Positions 9,937-20,949 of a stretch of 36,176 bases of DNA are shown here, piece by piece. This DNA comes from Craspedostauros australis. Its lineage: Eukaryota. The stretch is from positions 1-36,176 of the forward strand of contig JALAGF010005501.1 in the NCBI GenBank assembly GCA_030167865.1. The letters are read 5' to 3'. The notes beneath the pieces are model-generated. The model saw only the letters and a list, made by a program, of their open reading frames with translations, was not told where the DNA came from and did no database searches. How positions within the stretch are numbered: the stretch's first letter is position 1; each line of letters opens with the position of its first letter. The position numbers and the translations under genes are program-made.

Positions 9937-10459
9937 GGTCGTCAGCTTCCGTCTGATGTTGTTTGTGCGAGTGTATGTATGAGATGAGTATGTATGGTAT
10001 CGTACGGTATTGTATGCTGTGTGTGAATGTTTGTGAGTTCTCGTGCTTCTGCACTGGCTTTGCTCTGTTCTATTCCGCTGTGATTGCGCGATCAGTTCCT
10101 TCGATGCAGCAGATTCTTCTGTTTGGTTGCGGTGCTCAGTGTTGTGCGTGGTGACGTTGCGCTTGTTAGTCCCTTTGTGAGATGAAACGTATTTCGAGTT
10201 CTGGTCTTCTTTGCTCCTTTGTTCTCAGCTGCTGTCGCTGTTGTTGTTCCGGATGAGCGGGTCTTTCATCGTCTGCGATGTTGTGTGATGTTGTGTGGTG
10301 GGTTGTTGTTGTTGATTCTTGTATCAGCCATCATCATCGCCGTCACAGTTGTTACCGTTGCCCACGTTGTTGACGTTGTTGTTCCTGTTCTCGTTCTGGT
10401 TGCTGTCCACAAAAAGGACAAACCGTGATGGTTTGTGGGAGGTTGAACATCGACGTTTG

Positions 10460-10588
10460 TGACGTCACTCAGATGTGAAACAACTCCTCAACGATCGGAA
10501 AATAACGTACATTTTCTCTATTTAAATAGAGCAGATACAAAAGATGAGGTGATGCCTGTTTGGCAGCTGTTACGCATGACGTCACTCA
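10460..10588. promoter_or_regulatory. Two copies of TGACGTCACTCA (CRE/bZIP-like palindrome core) upstream of the 821-aa gene
   Basis: Exact 12-mer at 10460-10471 and 10577-10588. Function is inferred only. Confidence 0.35.
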
Positions 10589-12804
10589 AATTGTATCTCG
10601 CTACGATGAGGTCGAGTGTGTCCGATGGGGATACTTGTGCAACAAAACTAGAGAGTACAGAACAGTGGAATATGGAGGCCGGAAAGCGATTGGTTGTCTG
10701 TGACAATTGCAATACGACTGTACTCCATGGAGAAGTGCCTACACACAACAGATATCCATCCACCACACCCACCCACCAACCGTGATGAGGTTTTCAGCAT
10801 TCGATCACGCGAGGAAGGTTTACGAAACAGCATCTGCAGCTGCTGGAGGTTTGTCTTCGTTTTCATCTTGTGCTCTCCTCTTCACGTGGAATCATATGCC
10901 AATCCAAGTCAAATTGTGAAGCAAGCGGCATCACCCTCACCAACGCGCGCTCTCTCTCTCTCTCTCTCTCTGCGCGATGATGCTGGCCAAGGCAGCAGAT
11001 GAATGATCACGTCACTGACGTTGTTCAAACATGGCACAACGCAATCTTGCCACCATGTTTGCACGTGAGCACATTGCTCCAACTGAATACTGAAGAACTT
11101 TGGAGAGTAGAGCATTGTGTCCAAGTAAACGCAAGCGTCCAACGTCACCACTACCTGCTCTGGAGTAAACGTATGTATGGTACATCACCTTCGCATTTGT
11201 ACGGGTATATATGCATACCTGTCAAGAGTAACACAACTTCAAAAAAGAGAGCAAGAGAAAAGAGGAAGATGTATTTCTGACTCTCTTTCCCCAAAGAGAT
11301 TGACAACACTCCTCATCGTTTTCAAAAACTGGAGTAAATGTGCAATTACCGAAACGCTGTATCTTGTTTTTTCTCGGAGCCATTTCATTTTGTTTGAGAA
11401 TCCTCTTTGTTCCAGCCACGAACATCGAAGTGTTCGACAGTTTGTCCACACTGAAGATGATGCGGTTGTCATTGATGTGAAGTCGGTTGAAGTGAGCCTC
11501 TGATGACATTGCGAGACTCTCATGGAGCACAAGGCCAAGATCAAAGCAAGAGCGAAGGAACAGCCAAGGGGCATAGGCTGGGGCAAGCCAATGTTGTCAT
11601 GGTCTGGCAAAGCCACTGCAATGCCATGGGCAACGTTCCACATGATCGAAAAATGATGCGAACATACCCATCCTGCATGCGGAGGATGGTTCACGGTTCC
11701 TGACTCTTCGTTTCCACCTTGAGCAGTGGCTTCATTCTGTGAGATATTCTACCAGCTCGCAATCACATTCATGTCAAGTTGAAGTTCAATAAGGGACAGA
11801 CTACCTCCAAATTATGGTGTTTTACGCCGATGCCTGAAATTCACTTTGGCATGAGACTTTCCAACTTCAACAGCTGCAACACCCTCCTTCTTCTCCTCCT
11901 CTTTCATTCATGAAACATTGCTGACTCAGTGTCATGATTGACCTGATTCCAGTTGTCCTGGGAACCATATGCTCCTCGCATCCTTTTGACTGCAACTCAA
12001 CTTGATTCCCTCCCTGACTATGACAGCCACCTTGTTGCCACAGTCATGGCATGGATATCCAACTTGCTTCAATCCAAGCAGGGAATCTGATGGTGAATCC
12101 CAACAACAACTGCGGCTGAAACTTCACTTCAACTTCAATCAAGTGCTGAGCTGCTATGCTCTACACTGCAATGCAACAGCACATGGAGAGATGAGCAAGA
12201 GCAAGGAGCAACATCCACCCTCAACACTTAACCATGCGGATCAGTGCAGAGCCGTTTCTACTGTGTGACATCGTTTCTTCATCCTACTACAACAACTGAC
12301 TATCTCATAGTAACACAAGCTAAGATGAGTACAAACAACACCGCTCCATTCATTGCTACAGTAACAACTACTTCACCAAGCACTCACCCCTCACGAACTG
12401 CATCAAATGGTCTCCTTTGACTGGCAGTCCACAAGGCCTTCCCTCCAGATCGTGTCACCAACAGCACACGAATTCCAACTCACAAATTCTCGGTTTGCGT
12501 CCTGACACAAGAAATCGAAATTGTCTGCAACTGTTGTGTCCTGACGCATCTTTTCGACTTTTGTGCGAGAAAATCCTTGTGGACATGCATCGTTGTGTAT
12601 TCCTCTTTTTTTCCGTCTGTGCACGGTCCGTATATGAAGCTATTTAAGCCCAAAAATTTCCGGTCGTGGCAAACAGTCCCACAAAAACAAACTTCGTCAC
12701 CTGGATCTCAAAATGCGCAATCGTTTTGTCGAGAACTTCGAGAAGTGTGCGCCAGTGCGACCATGACCCATCACATTGGAATTGTCAGTATCTGTACGGG
12801 AGGA

Positions 12805-12824
12805 TGTGTGTGTGTGTGTGTGTG
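12805..12824. repeat. (TG)n microsatellite
   Basis: tgtgtgtgtgtgtgtgtgtg is directly visible. Confidence 0.9.
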
Positions 12825-12912
12825 CTAATGATGGATTTATGGGAGGAGACTGTCTCCGTTGTCACTCTTCAGAGGCGGAGGCTGCGGACGTCTGTCCTGC
12901 GTACGTATGCCA

Positions 12913-13027
12913 ACAGGAATTTCTTGTTTGGGTGGACTGCTCCTCCCGGACTCTTGGGTCGCGAAGAACTCCTCGATCGTTGTGCAGAATGGCCTGGTCC
13001 TTGGTAGCGATCAAGGGGGGAGAGGTA
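12913..13027 (+). repeat. Diverged dispersed repeat, copy 1 (partner at 19582-19689)
   Basis: Manual alignment of 12963-13027 with 19626-19689 gives about 48/65 identical columns. An upstream block also matches (ACAGGAATTTCTTGTT vs ACAGGAGTTTCTCGTT). Confidence 0.7.
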
Positions 13028-13325
13028 CCGCATTCGCAACCGCGGAGTCCACAAATGTTCTGGCGGCAAGCGCCAGCACCGTGCGGCCCTTTTTGTCGTT
13101 GCTGCCGCTGCTTTCTGTGCCATCAAACAATACAGGACGTGGACATAATAGTATTCAAATGCAAGTGCTCTAGTGGAATACTATGGCGCGTTGTCGCGCG
13201 TCGCCGCGTCCTGCGACATGACATGCTGTGTTGCGTTGTCCCCAGTTCGCGGCAACCCTGGAACACTCCAACAATGATACGAGTGCAACTATCCTCGCTT
13301 CCCCCTCACCCATTCCATGCTCTTC

Positions 13326-16300
13326 CTACCATGATTCTCCGTCTTCATCGTCGTCAGTGGTCTCGAACTGATCGCTCAGCTTCCTCACCATCTCTTCCAC
13401 GATTACATCGCCCTTCTCGGACCACTCCTGTCTGTTGCTCATGGCGTAGTTCAAGTACTCGTCGCCCGAAACGCCAAACACGCCACACTCCTTCAGCTTC
13501 TTTGCAAGCGGGATGATGTACAGATCAAAGAACGTCAACTCGCCCTTCGCCCAGAAGTCAGCCGGATTGCTCCGTGCGCGACCGTTGCGGTAGGCGGCAT
13601 ACAGCTCGTGGAACAGCCGTTCGTTCCACTTGCGGTAGACGTGCCAGTGCTGCATGGTGTGGGCAACGTCCGAGGCCTGGATGAGATGCTCGATGACGAT
13701 GGTCGCCTTGCGATTGATGCAATCGCGTGCTGTGTGAGCTGCTGCTGCTGTTGCTGCATCCTTCGATCTTCTGCCGTGGTTCTCCTTGTGCCCCTTGTGC
13801 TCCTTTCCTTCGAAAGCCTTGTTCCATCGTGCGTTGCGGAGGACCTTGAGTTCCTTGTCGACGATGTCTGTGGCCATGACAGCATTCACCACCAGCTCGC
13901 GGAAGCGGCACAGCTCGGCGTTGGTGGAGAAGATGGCGCTTCGGAGGTTCCCAAATCGCGGATCCATCAGCAGATCCCAGGACAGGCTCAGCGAGTTCTG
14001 CTCTGCAACGCTCCTGTTCTTGTAGATGGCGGCCAACCGTGGATTCTCGCCGATCAGCTGCTGGTTGGAGACGCCCGTGTGATCCACATCGTGGATCAGC
14101 GCGGCGAACGCGCATGCGAACTGAGTCAGAGGATCGGATGTGATCCCGTACGTGTGATCGTGCAGCGAAGATGCTTCCTTGCGGGATCTACCTGCATTTG
14201 CATCTACACCGTCCTCGATGGTCTCACGGATGGGTGGATGGGCTGAGGCTGTGCCAAGATCGAGATCGGAGGGTGCCACGATGCGTGTCATGAGCTTGAT
14301 GACGGACATGGTGACGTGGCTTGCGTGCTCGAAGCTGTGGAATGGGTTCTTCCTGTACAGGCTTGCGACCTCTGTCACATACTGTCGGAGCTCTTCGATG
14401 ACATCCTGATGGATGTCGACTGGGCCCTGTGCATGCTCCTCGTGAGCGACGTTGGCATCAAACTCGGGCAGCTCGATGATCTCCTTCACTTCATCCAGGA
14501 ATGTCTCACCTTCTCCGTGATCCACATCGATGTTGACGCCCACAGGCTGGCTGCTGTTCTCGCCCTGGTTGCGGAATGTCCGCGAGGCACGACGCCTTGC
14601 GACGATGCGCTTCAGCAGCTGCATCAAGGTCTCGACGTTCCAATCGATCAGTCGAGAGGTTCTCGAGTCGAGATGATCGGTATCGTCGATCTCAATGGCA
14701 TCCCCGAGCTCGAAGATGCGGCCACTCGTCTCTGTTTCGCTACCTGCATCGCCGTCTCCTTTTCCCTTGCCGGGCGAGAGCCAGTACGTCTCCATCTCGC
14801 CTTTGCCCTTGGCCCTGACGGTATCGGTTCGTTTCTGCAACCAGTGAGGCTTGCCTGCCTTCGCGACAAGCTCGGCCGTCTGCTTAGAGACTTGGATGCG
14901 TCCGCGCATACTTGTACTCTCGAGTCGCGCCGTTGTGTTCATGGTGTCCCCGAACAGCTGGAAGCGAGATCGCTCGCCACGCAATACTCCGGCGGTGACT
15001 GGCCCGCTGTGGATTCCGATGCGGATGCCCAGATCGGCGGTGTCCGGACCAAGAACGACCTCGAGCTGATGGACGATCGTGCTGAAGCTCCAGAGACAGT
15101 CCTGTGCGAACCTCGCCATGGAGATGGCATGATCTGCTCTTGGTTCAGGCAGTCCCGTCACGGCGACGTAGCAGTCGCCGACCGTCTCCACCTTGAACAC
15201 ACGCCGGCGCTTCGCCAGCTGATCGAAGGAGCTGTAGACGGTCTCCAACAAGGTGAACACCTGGCTTGGCTCTCGGACGGATGCCCATGCCGTGAAGCCC
15301 GTGATGNNNNNNNNNNNNNNNNNNNNNNNNNNNNNNNNNNNNNNNNNNNNNNNNNNACTCTCGAGTCGCGCCGTTGTGTTCATGGTGTCCCCGAACAGCT
15401 GGAAGCGAGATCGCTCGCCACGCAATACTCCGGCGGTGACTGGCCCGCTGTGGATTCCGATGCGGATGCCCAGATCGGCGGTGTCCGGACCAAGAACGAC
15501 CTCGAGCTGATGGACGATCGTGCTGAAGCTCCAGAGACAGTCCTGTGCGAACCTCGCCATGGAGATGGCATGATCTGCTCTTGGTTCAGGCAGTCCCGTC
15601 ACGGCGACGTAGCAGTCGCCGACCGTCTCCACCTTGAACACACGCCGGCGCTTCGCCAGCTGNTCGAAGGAGCTGTAGACGGTCTCCAACAAGGTGAACA
15701 CCTGGCTTGGCTCTCGGACGGATGCCCATGCCGTGAAGCCCGTGATGTCACCAAACATGATCGTGGTCTCCAGAAAGAACTCGGCCAAGGGACGTGACTC
15801 GAACTTGATGAAGTCGTTGTCCTCTCCGCGTGGGAATGAGAGGAAGGACTTCATCTCGGATGTCGTCCCTCTGCGCGAATCCTTTCTTTCCACTCGACTT
15901 TGATCCAGGATCTGATCGCGGAGCTTGCCTGGGAAGAGGGAGGTGACGATGGCATTGGATCGCGCCGCCTGTCCCACCAGCTTCCAGTTGCGTCTTTGCA
16001 CGAATAGATCGTAGACGAAGAAGATGACGATGACCGCGGCGAAGGTGATGGCGACCACGACGGCGTAGATGGCGGGTGTGTTCTTGATGTAATGATTGGC
16101 GAACTCTTCGGAGGGGAAGATGTCCTGTTCATGTTTGTGTTTGTGTCACATGGTACAAGTACAAGTACGAGCGCAGAGCAGAGCAAAAATGACGCAAGGG
16201 GCGCAACAGGTAGCCGATGTACTCATTAGATTGGGAGAATGAATCAGGGCAAGACAGAGCAACGCAAAGGAAGGCACCATCAAACACAAACAAATCAAAC

Positions 16301-17773
16301 CAACTCCTTTTGATTTTCCCCCTGAGCACGTGTACTTACCAATGTGTACATACAATGTCCTGGTGTGTCCCGGAAATCCGAATGACTGTGGATGGCCAAA
16401 TCGACGTGGTGTTTCATATGCGAATATTCACTCTCGTGTAGATCTCCCTCGCCAATGTACACTGCATCGGGACCAATGATCTCGTATGTGAAAGTCTGGC
16501 CGCAGTTGTTCTTCAGCACGGCGAAGATACCAGAGAGACCCTCTGGGAGAAGGAATCGCATGGCTGCATCCCATGCGACTGCTGTCCCGACCACCCCAAC
16601 GATCTTGGATTCGTAGTCACCGGTCGTTTCGTGTATCGGGTTGAAGAAGAAGCTGTGTGGAAAGTCCTTGTCCGAGTCAAGAAGTTGGCTGTGCATCTGC
16701 TGATGCTCCTCTTCCGAGATCGAAAACCCGATGGTTGCGTATCCCCTCACTCGAGTTCCCAGGGTCTGGTTTTTCAGAGTGAGCAGTGCTCCGAAGACGC
16801 TTTCGTAGTCAGGTACAGATCTGAAATCCCAGTTCATCGCACCGTATGAGAAGTACGGTGGGGAGAACTCGAAGAGAGGCCAGTGATAGTCAAGCTCAAT
16901 CTGAGGAGTAAATCTGGGAACTCCAGCTTTTGATATGTAGCTGTTGTAGTCGCTGACGTTGTCGACCAGTCGATCGAGATTGCCGTTTTCAAACATGTGA
17001 CCTTCGACAACCATGTCGCGGTAGTGATCCGAGGCAAAGTCCAGCCACTTTTCTGTCTGGTTGTGTGTCACCAGTCTGGCGATGGAGAAGAATTCGCTTC
17101 CCGAATGCTCTCTTGCCGTCCTGGCATGAGATTCGAAGTTGTTCTGGATGTAGAAAGGCCATTTGGCCTCCACAGCCTCGGCACCCGATGAAGCAGCACG
17201 GCTGAGCCCGTCCAGTGCTTGCCTGACATCCATTTGATTTTTTAGCATGGAATCCTTGATCGTGCGAGCGAATTGATCGTACTGGCGGATGAAAGGAGAA
17301 ATGAGCAGCGACACGGAATTGGCAACAGAGAGATGGGGGCATCCGTGAGAGATAGCATTCGACGGTGGCCACGGACAAACCAGGTGAGTGGGCCATCATG
17401 CTCGTGACGCGCATCAATCACAGCGACAGAGATGCGGAGCGACAGCGCTGCATGTCAAGCCAAAACAAATCTCACAGACCAGATCTATCGCATCACAATA
17501 CTCAAGATGATTATTGCACATTCGAAATCAGCCAATCTGCGAACTTACTGCCTGCTCGAAGTTGTCGTTCTCTTGTCGGCGGAGGAGTGTGTACGTTGTG
17601 ATGGTGACAGACACACCTGCAATCGCAAGCGCGAGGCACAGAAACACACGCCACGTCCGGACTCTGTTCGTCTCCTTTTGGGACAGCTTCTGGATTTCTT
17701 TGATTTCATCGCGCCCTTCGTCGCCGCTGTGGCGGGTGCTGCCATCGGTAGATGAAAGTTGATCGGGCGCCAT
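13326..17773 (-). CDS. Receptor-type class III nucleotide (probably guanylate) cyclase fused to a cyclic-nucleotide phosphodiesterase domain; 3 exons (17773-17549, 17281-16340, 16124-13326); ~1174 aa after removing the duplicated gap segment
   Basis: Architecture: TM1 (VFLCLALAIAGVSVTITTYTLL), extracellular sensor-like region, TM2 (IYAVVVAITFAAVIVIFFVY). Cyclase motifs IMFGDITGFT, FKVETVGDCY, RIGIHSGPV, RFQLFGDTMNTTARLES and KGKGEMETYWL. PDE motifs HSFEHASHV, ALIHDVDH, ATD and ASDVAH. Two phase-0 GTAAGT...CAG introns join the three ORFs in frame. Confidence 0.93.
14916..15747. other. 391-bp duplication (14916-15306 = 15357-15747) flanking a 50-N gap; probable unmerged contig overlap
   Basis: The copies appear identical apart from one N at 15663, and both abut the gap 15307-15356 exactly. 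Confidence 0.9.
16125..16339 (-). other. Intron 2 of cyclase-PDE gene (215 bp)
   Basis: Donor TTG|GTAAGT and acceptor AACAG|GAC join HCMYTL to DIFPSEEF in frame. Confidence 0.85.
17282..17548 (-). other. Intron 1 of cyclase-PDE gene (267 bp)
   Basis: Donor GCA|GTAAGT and pyrimidine-rich acceptor CCGCCAG|TAC join NFEQA to YDQFART in frame. Confidence 0.85.
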
Positions 17774-19581
17774 GGTCGGATGATGCGATTCGATGGGACG
17801 TGATGCGATGCGATGGAATGGGATGAGTGCAATTCACTTGATGCCAGTGAGGGTTGCAGATGCTTGTTTTATGTGAGCGTCGGAACTTGAAAAGTATGCT
17901 GGTAGTCGTAGGTAGTCGTGATGATGCACCCGATCGCGCAAGGTTGAGTGTGATCAGAGATGTTGTTGTTCGCCGTTGGTGTTGTTGTGGTGCTTGTGTG
18001 TGTGCCTGATTTCGACAAGGAAGCAGAAGATTTGTGAGGCAGCACAACACCACGTTGTGCGTTGGTATCCGGTCCCGGCGCCAGCCGCACGTGGTTGTGA
18101 AGGGACCATTTCTGGTTGAAGATTCGTGCTCGTGGAGTACCCAAGGGCGGAACTATCCAGGGTACGCCGTCACGATGTCATAGGTCATCGTCCAATACTC
18201 CAACGACAACTCGGCTCTCGCGCAAAGCCACATCGAACCCAAATCACCTACTCCTTGTGGGGTGACAGTGGCTGCAAATTCGTTCGTCAACAACAAGAGA
18301 TCTTGTTTGCGTCCGCGTCATTGTGAAGCGCGGACAACAAGAGGGCTTGTGTGGCGCGTCTCACTCACCTTATCAGTGTTCTGATTGTCAGCACTTTTGT
18401 GCTCAGCTCACCGCAGCAGGGGAACTGCATGATGGCGCCACCCAATCGGATGCCGCGGAACGCAATTGGGCGGCTTCACCGACATGTTGTTTACAGTCGG
18501 ACAATCGTTTCCTTGCCATCACGTTTGACAAAAAGCAGTTTGAGTTTGTTGTTCGATTGGCCGTACTTGTCTTGGTTTGCAATGACTGTTCGCGATTCTC
18601 TCTGGGCACAGTAGATGCGTTCGCGAATGTTGCGTTGTCGTTTGGCAAATTGACCACTTGAAGGCTCCTACACAGGGCCTCCCCAGAAGATGGCACTGTG
18701 CCAAAATAGCGCGCTGCGGAATCGAACCACAGAGCCAGTCCACGCCTTCCATGAACACAAGAAATGAACGTTCATAACCCATGTCGCGACAACACTGCCT
18801 GTCTCCTTCACTCTTTGTGCGAGGATCAGAGATGTTTGTGTTTGTGTGAATCTGGCGTGTTTTGGGTGGGATCACACCTTTTGCTTCAGACCAACAATAC
18901 ACACAATAGAAGTGATGCTTGAAAGCGAGAGTGCCACTCCTTGTCGTTCTTGACACATTCGAGTGTGCCACAAAGGACGCACCGAATAGAGCTCCACAAG
19001 CCTCCCTTTCCCTCGGCACAAGTCTCAAGGAGCGCGAATGATTGCTCTGATTTCTCCTTCATGGCTTCCGGGTTGGCGTTTTTGGCGCCAAACGCGGAAC
19101 AAACAACCAGTCGCAATCAATCAATCGTGACAGCTGCGACTCGTGGGCGACTGTGATTGGTCGTCGTATACATGTCTGAATATTGTCCGTTTTGAAAACG
19201 GTCATTTCGTTCGTTAATGTCAAGTCATTTTGTTAGCCATTTAATACGTCTGTACGCGGACCGTAGTCGAAGCGGTAGGAGAAGCCAACGACCAGACGTG
19301 CTGGTGAACAAACCGGCCAAAGTCAACGCTTGTACTGGCACTTCACACGATACCACAACCACAACCACTTTCGCCTGAACCGAGAACACCTGCACACACG
19401 AGTACCAAGAAATGCCCCCACAAATTCTCCACTCCTGACTGAGCCCCAAACAGCACAGAGTAGTACAGAGTACTATTCTCCAAAGAGTGTGTACCTCGAA
19501 AACAGTGTGCATGTGGCAAGGAACTCAATGTTGCTGCCTGTTGCGTTTCTCAAAGTCACCAAGAGAGAGAGGGAGGCGCAC

Positions 19582-19689
19582 ACAGGAGTTTCTCGTTCGT
19601 GCTCGTCCTTGTGCTCGCGACCTGTGAAGGGTCTCTCAATCGTCGTGCAAAACAGCCTGGTCCTTCGCGGCGACGAAGGGGGAGAGATA
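19582..19689 (+). repeat. Diverged dispersed repeat, copy 2 (partner at 12913-13027)
   Basis: Shared blocks ATCGTyGTGCArAA, GCCTGGTCCTT and AAGGGGG.AGAG. Same orientation as copy 1. Confidence 0.7.
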
Positions 19690-20349
19690 GATCGTACGCG
19701 CTGTGCGCCCAATTGCCACTTGTTGTCCCACGTCGAGACAACTCGCACCAAGCCGCAAAAGGCAAAACAGGTCGTTACAAATCGATCGATGAACAAAGTG
19801 AGCTATGTCTCTCATCTTGGCACACACTCTCTGTCATTGCCCCACACTTTCCACTTGGTTCCAAGAAGTACATGGACCGCTTGGCAATGGTATTACAGAT
19901 ACATGCCAGTGGAGCAGAGCCGAGACAGGAAGAGACAGGCAGAGCTGAGTGGAATCATTTAGCAGTACCCACTATCTAGCATCCAGTCTGAACAGGATCG
20001 GGGTATCTTCAACGCAGATCAATCAAGCCAACACATGAGCAGGTCAAACACCAGCGCATTTGGTCGATTGCAGAAAGTACTCCTACTTCTACTCTAGCAC
20101 GCTCCTTGAACTTCAAGGATCAGCAACAACAAGCACCACTCCATGTCATCCTGCACCATCCTATTCTAGTTGATCCATGCTGTGCTGTGGTACCAGTGCA
20201 AGCAATCATGATGGTGGTGATCGGGGATAGGTGATGGGCGGATTGTACATGGAGATGCGCAGATTCCATTCCCTCTCCCTTCCATCTCGCAAAATCAAAT
20301 CGCATCCAATTCATCAAATAACAAAACCAATATACATCTAAACACACAC

Positions 20350-20949
20350 ATGCAACCAACTACCCACTTCCCACATGACAGGCTCTCAAACCAAACCGTC
20401 CCAGCCCTCACTATGCCAACCATCTCTGGTGGCGCATTCAACCTCCATGAAACCATCACAAAGAACGATGCCAAGGCCACACCCAACTTGGACACTGCAA
20501 AACACAGCTACATCCTCCTCATCTTCTCCCATGGCATCCACTGCCCCATCTGCATCACCCAACTCTATCAGATCAAGGCCTACTCCTCCAACCTCCTCAA
20601 GGCCAACATGACTATCCTCACCATCTCCAGGGACACAAAGGAGAAGGTCATCGCCATGAAGGACACAATCATCAGCAAGAGCAGGGCAAAGCTGAAGCTT
20701 CCATCAGAATATAGTCTCACCATGGAGAAGGCTAAGGAATGGGGACTGTAGATGTTGGTTGGTTGTCCTGATACTGCCAAGCCCAGCACATTTTTGGAAC
20801 CGAGTCTGTTCATTGTGGATGGCAACAAGAATCTATTCTTTGGGGTGATTCAGCTGGTGCCGTTCAGCCATCCGAACATCAAGGAGTTGGTTGGTGGTAT
20901 CTTGTGGGCCCGTTCCAACTACTACCCTGCCTGCGGTCAGATGCACTAA
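20350..20949 (+). pseudogene. Peroxiredoxin-like (AhpC/TSA, thioredoxin-fold) pseudogene with in-frame TAG at 20749-20751
   Basis: Two consecutive same-frame ORFs read ...IFSHGIHCPIC...ISRD...AKEWGL*M...FLEPSLFIV...QLVPFSHP...YPACG. This matches the family pattern as I recall it: FYRGxHCPIC...ISxD...AxxWGLY...FxEPGLF...QxxPFxRP...YPARG. The stop replaces the Tyr and several conserved Arg residues are lost. Confidence 0.85.

Noticed and set aside
11503..12231. 243-codon plus-strand frame interrupted only by seven TGA codons (selenoprotein or recoding?)
   Set aside because: TAA/TAG are very rare on this strand here in any frame, TGA is the expected product of CGA decay in a CpG-depleted island, and the translation resembles no protein I know.
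14916..15747. Genuine tandem (pseudo-heterodimeric) cyclase domains
   Set aside because: The copies are nucleotide-identical, partial, and abut an N-gap, which is the typical pattern of an unmerged overlap.
14316..15797. Long antisense ORFs (e.g. 493 aa here; also 8845-9987, 25593-26570, 7603-8325)
   Set aside because: They are shadows of real genes on the opposite strand, caused by codon bias and low TA frequency. No motifs.
19205..19255. Inverted 8-9 bp matches (AACGAACG, TACAGACGT) to the window start as transposon ends
   Set aside because: Too short, with order and spacing that do not form a coherent terminal inverted repeat. Compatible with chance.
18100..19560. Short ORFs with Cys pairs (HFYCVYC, RCVLC) as a zinc-finger or transposase remnant
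   Set aside because: No consistent frame, no recognisable catalytic motifs and no terminal repeats found.
20749..20751. Programmed TAG readthrough or pyrrolysine in the peroxiredoxin-like gene
   Set aside because: The stop sits at a Tyr position and is accompanied by loss of several conserved Arg/Glu/Gly residues, which indicates decay rather than recoding.
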